This document shows positions 17,816 to 26,849 of a DNA stretch of 64,000 nt, one piece after another. Origin of the DNA: Candidatus Babelota bacterium (lineage in GTDB: Bacteria > Babelota > Babeliae > Babelales > RVW-14); NCBI GenBank assembly GCA_018266175.1, contig JAFEAY010000010.1, forward strand, positions 53,942 through 117,941. The letters are read 5' to 3'. The first letter of the stretch is position 1; each line of letters starts with the position of its first letter. Made by a program: the position numbers and the translations under genes. A model generated the notes under the pieces. That model ran no database searches. It saw only the letters and a program-made list of their open reading frames with translations, and was not told the DNA's origin.

Positions 17816-17951
17816 TATAGCTTTCCAAGCCTGAAGGCATGGATAAACGAAGTTTGCCCGCCTACGTTAACTGCCATCGCTAAAAAGCTGTGACATTTGA
17901 ATTAACTTCGGCGTGGCATCCCGCCATAGCCTGAAAGGCGACGGCGGATGG
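17816..17951. repeat. Intergenic segment adjacent to the 3' end of tRNA-Gly carrying two sequence blocks that recur next to tRNA-Gln (29035..29112)
   Basis: 17922..17951 is the reverse complement of 29035..29064 (about 90% identity). 17816..17852 matches 29076..29112 in direct orientation (32 of 37 positions). Confidence 0.6.
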
Positions 17952-18023
17952 AGCGGGAAACGGGATTCGAACCCGCGACCCTTGCCTTGGCAAGGCAATG
18001 CTCTACCACTGAGCTATTCCCGC
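17949..18023 (-). tRNA. tRNA-Gly (anticodon GCC), CCA encoded
   Basis: Cloverleaf GCGGGAA...TTGCC-TTGCCAA-GGCAA...GGTTCGAATCC...TTCCCGC-T-CCA on the minus strand. Confidence 0.9.
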
Positions 18024-18045
18024 ATTAATTGAAAAGAACGACTAA

Positions 18046-18074
18046 AATGTAAACGTATTTGAGACAAATGTCAA
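18046..18074 (-). promoter_or_regulatory. Sigma70-like promoter for tRNA-Gly: TTGACA, 17-nt spacer, TACATT
   Basis: Minus-strand reading. The -10 element ends 22 nt upstream of the mature tRNA 5' end. Confidence 0.5.
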
Positions 18075-18130
18075 CATGTATCGCTTTGAATATTTTTACA
18101 AACACAACCCTTGGCTTCCAGCTTTGCAAG

Positions 18131-19972
18131 CTACATCTGAACCATGGTCACAACGCCATGCAGCTTATCGGGTGGCAATTTGTAAAATTGAACAAATGAT
18201 GGAACAAGCTTTTTAATGCTCGCAAAAACCTTCCAGAAGATATTGCGTGTCACAATTTCTTCCAAGCCATAAAAAATTACTTTGGCTTCTATGCCGGCAT
18301 TGTGCAAGATTTTATCAATATCAAGCACTTCCATATATCCCATATGAATCTCGAAAATGCGCAGTCCATCTGCAAGGTTGCCTTTAAAAAAGCCAATAAC
18401 ACCAAATGGATCATCCCGTGTAACCACAGAGATCATGATGTTATCTTCATAAATAATATTATTTTTAAAGATCGTCTGAGTAATGTAGGGCTGGACATTA
18501 TCGATGTCACGCACAAAGAAAAGCGCCGTGCCTTTTATTTTATTTGTCAGATTGTACACAGGAACATACTGCTCAAGAAAATCATTGAGGGACATTGGAT
18601 GAATTGCCTTAATCAAACGCTTTTGACCAAAAGTATAAATAATGAGCGTACTGAGCGGAATAAGCGCTATGGCTATAGACCAGCAAGCACCAGACTGCAG
18701 CTTACAACTTCCTGAAACCAAGAAGAGAAACGCAACCAACATAACACCAATTGCAATCGCCATTTTTGCATAGCAACGCCTGAGATAAAAAATCCAAGTC
18801 ATCATAACCGCGGTAAGCGTCATAGTTCCTGTTACTGCAAAGCCATAAGCGCTGGCTAAACTATGCGACTCTTGAAAATGAAAAATAATCATCAGCACAC
18901 TGATAAGCAAAAACCAGTTTACAAATCCAACATAAATCTGCGAACGCAGCTTGCTGGAGGTGTATTCAACGTGAAACATAGGAAGCATGTTGGTCATAAT
19001 GCCTTGATAGACAATAGAAAAAATGCCGCTAATCATAGCTTGCGAACCAATAACTGACGCCAATAAGCTTAAAATCAGGAATGGTATGTACAACAAACCC
19101 CACTGATGCAAGATCATTTCATATAAAACATACTTTGTTGCAGGATATAAAATTAAAAATGCACCCTGCCCTAAGTAGGTCAAAACAAGCACGCAGAAGA
19201 CAAAATACCATCCATGTAGAATTGGCTTTCGTCCCAAATGACCCATGTCTGCATAAAGCGCTTCGCCACCTGTTGCGCATAAAATAACTTCTGAGAGAAC
19301 AAAAAATCCGGTAAATCCATTGCGATATATAAAATTAAGAGCAAACCAAGGGTTAATTGCTTTCAAAACGAAAGGCGCCTGAAAAATACCTATGAACCCT
19401 GATATCGCAAGCACTACAAACCAAACGACCATAATTGGGCCAAAGGCTGTTGCAACACGCTCAACACCACGTTTTTGAAGCGTGAACAACATGATAGCAA
19501 TCAGGCTTGCAAAGCCTATCAAAATATAATGATTTATTGGGGGCAAACCCGGGATCAGCAGAATTCCTTCAACGGCACTCAAAATGCTCATTGCTGGAGT
19601 CAGCATACCGTCTCCCATTAAAAGAGAAATTCCTATAAATGATAAGAAGGTAGCAACCATCACCTGTCTTTGTGATTTAAGCAAAGGAACTAAAATTTCT
19701 TTTAAAACAATCGTTCCACCCTCGCCCTTTTTACCCAGACTCATGGCAAGCCATGCGTATTCAACGCCAACCAAAACCACCAATGTCCAAATTATCAGCG
19801 AAAGAACTCCGATAACATTTTCTACCGAAGGCATAATTAAAAGGAATGCGACCGAAAGTGTGTAAATGGGACTCGTTCCAATATCCCCAAACACCACTCC
19901 CAATGATTTAACCATCTCTTTAAATGGTTTAAATTGCTCAATATGCGTAAATGATAAAAGCCAATGATACAT
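18131..19972 (-). CDS. kup: KUP/HAK/KT family potassium uptake transporter
   Basis: GVVFGDIGTSPIYTL signature. ~12 TM helices plus cytosolic C-terminal domain. 613 aa. Confidence 0.9.
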   Translation of the reverse strand: MYHWLLSFTHIEQFKPFKEMVKSLGVVFGDIGTSPIYTLSVAFLLIMPSVENVIGVLSLIIWTLVVLVGVEYAWLAMSLGKKGEGGTIVLKEILVPLLKSQRQVMVATFLSFIGISLLMGDGMLTPAMSILSAVEGILLIPGLPPINHYILIGFASLIAIMLFTLQKRGVERVATAFGPIMVVWFVVLAISGFIGIFQAPFVLKAINPWFALNFIYRNGFTGFFVLSEVILCATGGEALYADMGHLGRKPILHGWYFVFCVLVLTYLGQGAFLILYPATKYVLYEMILHQWGLLYIPFLILSLLASVIGSQAMISGIFSIVYQGIMTNMLPMFHVEYTSSKLRSQIYVGFVNWFLLISVLMIIFHFQESHSLASAYGFAVTGTMTLTAVMMTWIFYLRRCYAKMAIAIGVMLVAFLFLVSGSCKLQSGACWSIAIALIPLSTLIIYTFGQKRLIKAIHPMSLNDFLEQYVPVYNLTNKIKGTALFFVRDIDNVQPYITQTIFKNNIIYEDNIMISVVTRDDPFGVIGFFKGNLADGLRIFEIHMGYMEVLDIDKILHNAGIEAKVIFYGLEEIVTRNIFWKVFASIKKLVPSFVQFYKLPPDKLHGVVTMVQM

Positions 19973-20109
19973 AAAAAATCCTACAACAAATCCAATAAGA
20001 TCTCTGCATCAGTTGTTTACAATCCCCAGATGTAAGGAGTAGGATAGCACAACCTTCCATGAGTTGTCATATAATTCACACCACTTGAATTATATTAACA
20101 ATTTTTGGG

Positions 20110-20138
20110 TTGACATTATGTCGATGAACAGGTACGAT
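20110..20138 (+). promoter_or_regulatory. Sigma70-like promoter for tRNA-Phe: TTGACA, 17-nt spacer, TACGAT
   Basis: The -10 element ends about 30 nt upstream of the tRNA 5' end. Same architecture as the tRNA-Gly promoter. Confidence 0.5.
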
Positions 20139-20168
20139 ACTGCACATAGATCATCTCTTTGAATTTGT

Positions 20169-20244
20169 GCCGAGGTAGCTCAGGTGGTAGAGCAGAAGAC
20201 TGAAAATCTTTGTGTCGCCGGTTCAACTCCGGCTCTCGGCACCA
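20169..20244 (+). tRNA. tRNA-Phe (anticodon GAA), CCA encoded
   Basis: GCCGAGG acceptor. Anticodon loop CTGAAAA. T-arm GCCGGTTCAACTCCGGC. ACCA end. Confidence 0.9.
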
Positions 20245-20395
20245 TAATTCTTCACTTTTTTTACTTTATTTTTTCTCAATATTATCGATATCACGCTGGC
20301 TTTTTAATTTGTCCTATCGCTTATTTTATGCTAGAGTCTAACAATTGATACAAGTTTCACGATGCACTCTATCAATAAAAATTATAGGTATCTGT

Positions 20396-21727
20396 ATGTT
20401 TGATTTTTTGTCTAAAAAGTTTTCCGGCGTTCTTGGCTGGCTCAAAGATCGTGGTCGCCTTTCTGAAGAGAATATTCAGCAGGCTTTAGATCAAGTTCGC
20501 GAAGCACTCCTTGAAGCTGACGTGCCACTTGAAATTACTACCGCCTTTCTTGAACAGATCAAAAACGATGTGCTTGGACAAAAAATTCAATCTTCCTTGA
20601 ATCCCGGTCAACATCTTATTAAAATTGTTCATGAAAAATTGCTCGATTTTTTGGGCGGGAAAAATGTCCTTGCTCAAGTAAATCTACCAATTCCATCGGT
20701 CGTTTTAGTTATGGGGCTACAAGGGTCTGGTAAAACAACAACGATTGCAAAACTTGCTCATTGGATACTCCAACAAGCTAAAATTCGTGGCAAAACACGC
20801 CGTATTTTAGTTGCCTCTGTCGACTTTTATCGACCAGCAGCGGTTGAGCAGCTCAGCATTCTTGCAAAACAAGTTGGTGTTGATTTTTATCGGGCTCAGA
20901 GCACAGACCCTGTTGCAGCAGCAGTTGAAATTGCACAGCATTTTAAAGCTCAGCACTATGAACACTTGCTTTTGGATACTGCAGGCAGACTTCATATCGA
21001 TGACCAAATGATGCAAGAGCTTGTACAAATTAATACGAAAATAGCTCCTAAATATAAATTTTTAGTCTTAGACTCAATGACGGGACAAGAATCCCTCCGT
21101 GTGGCTCAGGCCTTTGAGCAGGCGGTTGGGTTTAATTCTGCTATTTTAACTAAAATGGACAGTGATACCCGTGGCGGCGCGGCATTCGCCTTTAAATTTG
21201 CTCTTAAAAAGCCTATCTCTTTTGTTGGAGCAGGCGAAAAACCTGAAGACCTTGAAAGCTTTATTCCTGAACGTATGACCTCACGCATCCTTGGGATGGG
21301 TGATATTATGACACTTATTGAAAAAGCTCATGAAAATATCAGTCAGGATGAGCAAGAAGAAATAACCAAGAAAATGATTGATGGGAACTTTAGCCTGCAA
21401 GACTTTGCAAGCCAACTCACCCTCATTGATAAATTAGGGTCTTTACAAAAGATTGTTCGGTACCTGCCAGGTATGAACACCCTATCATCTGAAGATTTAG
21501 AGCGAGGTCAGCATGACATTAAAAGATTTAATGCTATTATTAGTTCTATGACCTCAAAAGAACGTATGTTTCCTCACCTGCTTGATGGGTCCAGGAAGAA
21601 GCGTGTAGCTTCCGGGTCTGGTACAACTGTGCAAGATATAAATCAGTTGTTACAAAGATTTGAACAAAGTAAGCAATTTGTTAAAATGTTTAAGAAACCT
21701 GGTAAATTTAAACGGTTTTTTAAGTAA
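20396..21727 (+). CDS. ffh: Signal recognition particle protein Ffh (SRP54)
   Basis: MFDFLSKKFSGVLGWL... N-domain. GLQGSGKTTT, DTAGR and TKMDSDTRGGAA G-domain motifs. Met-rich M-domain. Start moved from the upstream TTG to the ATG. Confidence 0.95.
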   Translation: MFDFLSKKFSGVLGWLKDRGRLSEENIQQALDQVREALLEADVPLEITTAFLEQIKNDVLGQKIQSSLNPGQHLIKIVHEKLLDFLGGKNVLAQVNLPIPSVVLVMGLQGSGKTTTIAKLAHWILQQAKIRGKTRRILVASVDFYRPAAVEQLSILAKQVGVDFYRAQSTDPVAAAVEIAQHFKAQHYEHLLLDTAGRLHIDDQMMQELVQINTKIAPKYKFLVLDSMTGQESLRVAQAFEQAVGFNSAILTKMDSDTRGGAAFAFKFALKKPISFVGAGEKPEDLESFIPERMTSRILGMGDIMTLIEKAHENISQDEQEEITKKMIDGNFSLQDFASQLTLIDKLGSLQKIVRYLPGMNTLSSEDLERGQHDIKRFNAIISSMTSKERMFPHLLDGSRKKRVASGSGTTVQDINQLLQRFEQSKQFVKMFKKPGKFKRFFK

Positions 21728-21816
21728 ACGTAGTTTTAAGACGAACAGACTTACTCTGAAAATCGAATTAATCGCGATTGACGCAGTTTTTTGTAGTTTT
21801 TGAAAGGATATTCTCA

Positions 21817-22050
21817 ATGGCAGTTAAGATTCGTCTAAGTCGTATTGGTAAAACAAACCGCCCCTACTGGCGTATTGTTGCAGTTGATGCACGTCGCAAA
21901 CGGGATGGTGCGTTCCTTGAAAATCTAGGAACCTATGACCCTATTAAGCATGAGCTTGTACAATTTCACACTGACAAGCTCGAAGCATGGGTTGCCCAGG
22001 GTGCTGTTTGCACACCAGCAGTTCTTAAGCTTATTAAACGCAGCACATAA
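21817..22050 (+). CDS. rpsP: 30S ribosomal protein S16
   Basis: MAVKIRLSRIGKTNRPYWRIVAVDARRKRDGAFLENLGTYDP. Confidence 0.9.
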   Translation: MAVKIRLSRIGKTNRPYWRIVAVDARRKRDGAFLENLGTYDPIKHELVQFHTDKLEAWVAQGAVCTPAVLKLIKRST

Positions 22051-22137
22051 GCTGTAAGAGATACTTTATTTCTCATTTTTCGATTCAACGTTTATGCACA
22101 AAAATTGACGAGATGATTATTGCTTGGGAGAGTAAGC

Positions 22138-22371
22138 ATGCTAAAAGAATTAGTTGAACATATTGTAAAGAAGCTTGTTGATAAGCCGGAAAACGTAGCT
22201 GTTTCAGAAATTAGTGGCGAACAGGCAACTATTATTGAACTGCGCGTTGCCCCAGAAGATCTTGGAAAAGTAATTGGAAAAGAAGGCAGAACAGCTCGAT
22301 CAATTCGTACACTTGTTCATGCAGCTGCGTCTAAAGAACACAAACGCGTTGTACTTGAAATTTTAGAATAG
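22138..22371 (+). CDS. KH-domain RNA-binding protein (YlqC/UPF0109 family)
   Basis: [18 protein letters not shown] motif. Located between rpsP and trmD as in many bacteria. Confidence 0.75.
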   Translation: MLKELVEHIVKKLVDKPENVAVSEISGEQATIIELRVAPEDLGKVIGKEGRTARSIRTLVHAAASKEHKRVVLEILE

Positions 22372-22398
22372 TCTTTCTCAGTAAAATGAGTGGTCTGG

Positions 22399-22425
22399 AG
22401 GCTGGCTTTACCGCCAGCCTTTTTG
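22399..22425 (+). terminator. Rho-independent terminator/attenuator between the KH gene and trmD
   Basis: aggctggc-tttacc-gccagcct followed by ttttt. Lies upstream of the true trmD ATG. Confidence 0.55.
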
Positions 22426-22449
22426 CACTTTAACCCAAATAGCTTTGCC

Positions 22450-23850
22450 ATGAAAATTTCGATTATTTCTGTCTTTCCCGAATTTCACCAATCAATCAAT
22501 GCACTCAGTATTATTGGTAAGGCCGTACAACAAGGGCTTGTTTCATTTGATTTCATTAGATTTTCAGATCTATGCGAGCCAAAAGAACGGATTGATGAGC
22601 CAACTTGTGGGCCTGGAGCTGGAATGATCTTGAAGCCTGTGGTTGTTCAAAAAGCAATTGAACTTGCTGAGCAACGATGGGGACAAGGCTTTAAAGTTTT
22701 CTTCTCACCTCATGGCACTGTTTTGACACAGCCAATTTTGCGACAATATGCTGCGCAGTTTTTTGCACAATCTAATCAGCCCGCTCTCTCTGGGTATCCC
22801 GTCGAAGCTTTAGCGAAGACGGATGTATCGAAGGGTATGAGCGTAAATCACCTTATCTTGGTCTGTGGCCGCTACGAGGGAATCGATGAACGTGTTGAGC
22901 GACACTACGCCGATGCGCTCATCTCAATTGGTGATTATGTTTTGATGGGTGGCGACTTGCCTGCTCAAGTATTTCTTGAAGGACTTTTAAGGCTGTTACC
23001 TGGTGTTATTGGCAACCAAGAATCGGTTGAACAAGAATCGTTTGAAAGCGCATTTCTTGATCACCCACACTACGGATTACCGGCGGAATGGAATGGCATG
23101 AAAATTCCTGATGTCCTACGATCAGGGAATCATGCAGCAATCGACGCGTGGCGAAAAGATGCTGCGGCCAAGCGAACGGTACACAATCGCTTTGATTGGT
23201 TTGTGCGTGCCCAACCAAACCCTCCAAGCATTGCGCTTGCCAAAAAATTCATTCCTGTGCACTATGTTGCAGTAATGCATACCCAGGTAATCATTAAAGG
23301 TGGAACTGTTGGACAAACTTCAATTCCTTCAATTGATATCCATGACATCGCACGCGCTTGTGCATCGTACGGCATTAAAAACTTCTTCATCGTCAGTCCA
23401 TTACTTGATCAACAAAAAATTGTTGCCACATTTATGGAATTTTGGCTTTCTGCTGACGGTGCAAAATACAATGAAAACAGGCATCAGGCTATTTCAAGTA
23501 TAAGACCCGTTTTGTCGTACCAGGAAATGATTGATCTGATTGTCCGAGAAGAAGGGCAAGAACCACTGATTGTGTGCACATCGGCTCGAAATGTTGAACA
23601 CAAACAACACATCGATTATTTCAGCCAGAAAATTGTCTGGTCACAAGAAAAACCTGTTCTTTTCTTGTTTGGAACAGGACAAGGACTCAGTGATGAACTT
23701 GTTCAAAAAAGTGATTTTGTACTTGCTCCAATTGAAGGGCTAACCGATTACAACCACTTATCGGTACGATCCGCAGTATCCATAATCCTTGACCGGTGGC
23801 TTGGACTTTCGCCCCGTCTTGGTTCAAGCAAGAAAGCCCCTGTAAGTTAA
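22450..23850 (+). CDS. trmD: tRNA (guanine37-N1)-methyltransferase TrmD fused in frame to a C-terminal SpoU/TrmH-like SPOUT methyltransferase domain
   Basis: N-terminal ~270 aa: CGRYEGIDERV, GDYVLMGGDLPAQVFLEGLLRLLPGVIG, SGNHAAIDAWR (TrmD). C-terminal ~210 aa: IHDIARACASYGIKNFFIV, LFLFGTGQGLSDEL, APIEGLTDYNHLSVRSAVSIILDRW (SpoU-class motifs). Confidence 0.8.
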   Translation: MKISIISVFPEFHQSINALSIIGKAVQQGLVSFDFIRFSDLCEPKERIDEPTCGPGAGMILKPVVVQKAIELAEQRWGQGFKVFFSPHGTVLTQPILRQYAAQFFAQSNQPALSGYPVEALAKTDVSKGMSVNHLILVCGRYEGIDERVERHYADALISIGDYVLMGGDLPAQVFLEGLLRLLPGVIGNQESVEQESFESAFLDHPHYGLPAEWNGMKIPDVLRSGNHAAIDAWRKDAAAKRTVHNRFDWFVRAQPNPPSIALAKKFIPVHYVAVMHTQVIIKGGTVGQTSIPSIDIHDIARACASYGIKNFFIVSPLLDQQKIVATFMEFWLSADGAKYNENRHQAISSIRPVLSYQEMIDLIVREEGQEPLIVCTSARNVEHKQHIDYFSQKIVWSQEKPVLFLFGTGQGLSDELVQKSDFVLAPIEGLTDYNHLSVRSAVSIILDRWLGLSPRLGSSKKAPVS

Positions 23851-23949
23851 CGGAATTTGGTGTTGATCAAAGAGAAAAAAGCTTATATACTTGGATAAAC
23901 ACGATTTTTCAGAAAATCATATGACCTTTGGTAAAATTTTGAGGACGCA

Positions 23950-24342
23950 ATGAAAGCAAATTGTTTAACACGCGAAACTATTTTGGATCTTGGAACTGAA
24001 CGAAAACTTCCTAGTTTTCGTGTTGGCGATACCGTTGAAGTATCTCAGTTAGTCTCTGAAGGAGACAAAGAACGTATTCAGCTTTTTGAAGGCGATGTTA
24101 TTTGTATGCACAAAAACGGCATCTCATCAACATTCACTGTTCGCCGCATGGGCGCAAACGGCATCGGAGTTGAACGTATTTTCCCTTTCTATTCTATAAA
24201 AATCAGTGCGCTTCGCGTTGTAAAACGTGGTGATGTTCGTCGAGCAAAACTCAGCTATCTTCGTGATCGCCTTGGTAAAGCAGCTCGTATCGATGAAAAA
24301 ATTCTCACCAAAGAGCAAAAAGCTGCTCTTGATAGAGAGTAA
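23950..24342 (+). CDS. rplS: 50S ribosomal protein L19
   Basis: FRVGDTVEV...ERIQLFEGDVI...TVRRMGANGIGVERIFPFYSIKI...VRRAKLSYLRDRLGKAARI. Confidence 0.9.
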   Translation: MKANCLTRETILDLGTERKLPSFRVGDTVEVSQLVSEGDKERIQLFEGDVICMHKNGISSTFTVRRMGANGIGVERIFPFYSIKISALRVVKRGDVRRAKLSYLRDRLGKAARIDEKILTKEQKAALDRE

Positions 24343-24352
24343 TTCACTCGCT

Positions 24353-24934
24353 ATGTTTCGACGTATCGAAAAAATTATTTGTACCATAGTTACTTTAGTA
24401 GCTATGGTACTTTTAGTTTCGTGTGGAAAGAAAAGATCTTATCACCAAGGAGATCTTGATATCGCCAGCACAAGCAAGGCTTCTTCAGACCCTCAAAATG
24501 TCCCGGTGCTCAATCATCCTCGTTCTTTTGATGATTTAGATAGTGACACCCCAGAGTTTGATTCGATCAAGCGCTTTTCTTATGAAGCATTCACTAAAAA
24601 AATAGTCCCACTCACAGCAACGCTTGATTTCCCAATCCCTGTAAATTTCACACTCCAGGCCTCTCCTGTTAAAAAATCTGAAACAAAAGGGGCTTGCTTA
24701 ATTTACGAGGGGGATCTTTCACAAAAAAAAATTGTTTCTTTTTATCTTCACGAAATGCGCAAGGCCGGTTGGTCTGTTAAAAATTTATCGACTAGTCGAG
24801 AAGGCCTTTTGGTTTGCTCCCGCAAAGCTACACAGGTTGTTGTTTCATTGCGCAAAGCTCGAACAATCAGCAGTAACAATCATGTCGAGCCCAAGAAAAC
24901 GCAGCTGTTATTATTTTTCACCAAAGAATCTTGA
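24353..24934 (+). CDS. Putative lipoprotein, function unknown
   Basis: MFRRIEKIICTIVTLVAMVLLVSCGK lipobox. Start set at the ATG just after the rplS stop, rejecting the overlapping upstream start. Confidence 0.5.
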   Translation: MFRRIEKIICTIVTLVAMVLLVSCGKKRSYHQGDLDIASTSKASSDPQNVPVLNHPRSFDDLDSDTPEFDSIKRFSYEAFTKKIVPLTATLDFPIPVNFTLQASPVKKSETKGACLIYEGDLSQKKIVSFYLHEMRKAGWSVKNLSTSREGLLVCSRKATQVVVSLRKARTISSNNHVEPKKTQLLLFFTKES

Positions 24935-25200
24935 TTGGAGTATTTGTGATCTGGTTTATTACACGTACCATTCTTTTTTTTATACTTGTCTTAATCTCAT
25001 GCCCAATAATTTTTTTCTCACTCGTTTACGGACTGGGCAGATTTTTTAATCTCACAATTGATCCATCATCGCTTGCTGCTGGCTACTTACGTCGCAGGTA
25101 ATTGACTAAACGCTCACAGACTTAACACATAGTCATACTAAACGCTAAATGACTTAACACTTGGTAAAGATTATAAGCCAAAATTTTGACTGCAAATCCG

Positions 25201-25262
25201 ATTTTCAACCAAATCATGGTTGTTTTACAAACCAGTTTTAACCATAACTTGGTTGAAAATCA
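25201..25262. other. Long imperfect hairpin in a ~440-bp intergenic region
   Basis: gattttcaaccaa (25201..25213) pairs with ttggttgaaaatc (25250..25262). Inner atggtt/aaccat pairing. Confidence 0.5.
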
Positions 25263-25516
25263 AACATACTCAGTTTTCTCTACCCAACCCCAAAGATTGT
25301 CTTTAATGCACTTTTACGCTATTCTAGCAATGTAAAGTTATATTTTAGTCCCATTAACCGAACCCGGGGACCCTATGAAAGCTTCATTTATCTCTTAAGT
25401 TACTGACACCATGGATAAAGCCCATGGACGCTCCAGTACTTTCCTCATTACTTCACTCAAACGCCCGTACCGTTGGGCACATTATTTTTTTAACTTTTTG
25501 AAAAAAAGGTACACAC

Positions 25517-26113
25517 ATGTTTTATGCTTATCGCATAATGCTTTTGTCATGCTTTTGTATCGGCATGATAACAATTAATACCTGTATCAATAAAAAGACT
25601 GAACTCAATCTTGAAAGAATAAAAACCGTGAATAATCATGAATCACGTCAAAAATCTGAAGCCCCAAACAGCCTCTTGATCGCACACGATAAATTAGGTG
25701 ATCAAGTTATTTTAGAATGGAAGCAAACAAACCTGCTCGCACCTGATTTTGCACAAGCCATGAGCAGCGTATGGGAGCCTATTTCGCGCCAAGCGTACAC
25801 ACCGGTTGAAATGCAATTTCTAAAAGCGTTTCCCAATGTGGTAACAAGTGAGCCTTACTTTAAACCATTTGAAGCGCTCTTTAAAGATGGCATAGAAAAA
25901 GTCGATTGGAACGCTGCTGAGCTCATCATGGAAACGATCTTGAAATCGCATTTCATTTTTGATACTTCACTTTTGAGCGAAGAGATGAAAAAAAAGTTTG
26001 CACAAGACAGCTGCTTTATAGACAAATCTCGTACTGTAAATCGAGAAATGTTGATTTGCAGTACCATCTGGGCTCGTCGCTCTACTGCAGCAAGAAGCCG
26101 CAACAATAAGTAA
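25517..26113 (+). CDS. Hypothetical protein with a hydrophobic N-terminus
   Basis: ORF only. No recognisable motif. Confidence 0.4.
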   Translation: MFYAYRIMLLSCFCIGMITINTCINKKTELNLERIKTVNNHESRQKSEAPNSLLIAHDKLGDQVILEWKQTNLLAPDFAQAMSSVWEPISRQAYTPVEMQFLKAFPNVVTSEPYFKPFEALFKDGIEKVDWNAAELIMETILKSHFIFDTSLLSEEMKKKFAQDSCFIDKSRTVNREMLICSTIWARRSTAARSRNNK

Positions 26114-26192
26114 ACGCTCTTGATTTCACCCCTATCTTTAGTAATATCTGTTCAAGAGTAGATTTTAGAAAAAAGAGGGAGAAGAAAATTCT

Positions 26193-26849
26193 ATGAAACT
26201 ATTTCAATTTATTACATTTACAGCACTCTGCATCACCACCTTATCACTGCATGCACAATATCCTGAATTCAATATTGGGGAGGGCATTAATGAATGCGTA
26301 CTTTCCCCTGATGGCAAATTTTTGGTAAATACAAATCAAGATGACCGAGCTACGAAGCTTTGGAATGCTCACACTGGTCAACTTTTGAACACATTTAAAA
26401 CCCGGGGACAATTATTTTTTTCATCTGATAGCACGACGCTCTGCGCGCTGAAGAGGAATAAAATTCAACGCTACCACATTTCAGAATCTGAAATTATTCC
26501 TCAAGAGCCCATCGCTCTTACTGACCATGGTTTTTTGACTTATCCAAAAGGATCTTTCGTCTGTAAAAACATCGATTCTGAACCTATTTTTACATGTCTG
26601 AAAACATCTGATAATGCATGTCGTTTTAGCTGGGGCCTTTTTCTTTCAACACTTTTACCAGATGGCTCAACAAAAACAGTGGAATTTAAGCGAGAGAACA
26701 TCCGTTTTTACATCCATTCCACACAGGCCAATACAATGACACCTGATGGAAAAAAAATAGCGATTGCGTGTGAAAAATGCTCATATGGCGTCCCATACAT
26801 TCATGTTGTTGATGTAGAAACTCAACAACTACTCATAATTATAAATTGA
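26193..26849 (+). CDS. Secreted WD40/beta-propeller-like protein, N-terminal part; probably continues into 26846..27157 after a +1 frame change
   Basis: Signal peptide. SPDGKFLVNTNQDDRATKLWNAHTGQLLNTF is a WD-like repeat. Confidence 0.45.
   Translation: MKLFQFITFTALCITTLSLHAQYPEFNIGEGINECVLSPDGKFLVNTNQDDRATKLWNAHTGQLLNTFKTRGQLFFSSDSTTLCALKRNKIQRYHISESEIIPQEPIALTDHGFLTYPKGSFVCKNIDSEPIFTCLKTSDNACRFSWGLFLSTLLPDGSTKTVEFKRENIRFYIHSTQANTMTPDGKKIAIACEKCSYGVPYIHVVDVETQQLLIIIN

Noticed and set aside
20345-20395. TTG-initiated extension of ffh
   Set aside because: Ffh homology begins at MFDFLSKKF, at the ATG at 20396.
22390-22449. Upstream extension of trmD (MVWRLALPPAFLHFNPNSFA)
   Set aside because: It contains a terminator hairpin plus T-run. 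TrmD homology begins at MKISIISVFPEF.
24227-24352. Upstream start of the lipoprotein ORF inside rplS
   Set aside because: It overlaps the rplS coding frame. The ATG right after the rplS stop gives a proper lipobox.
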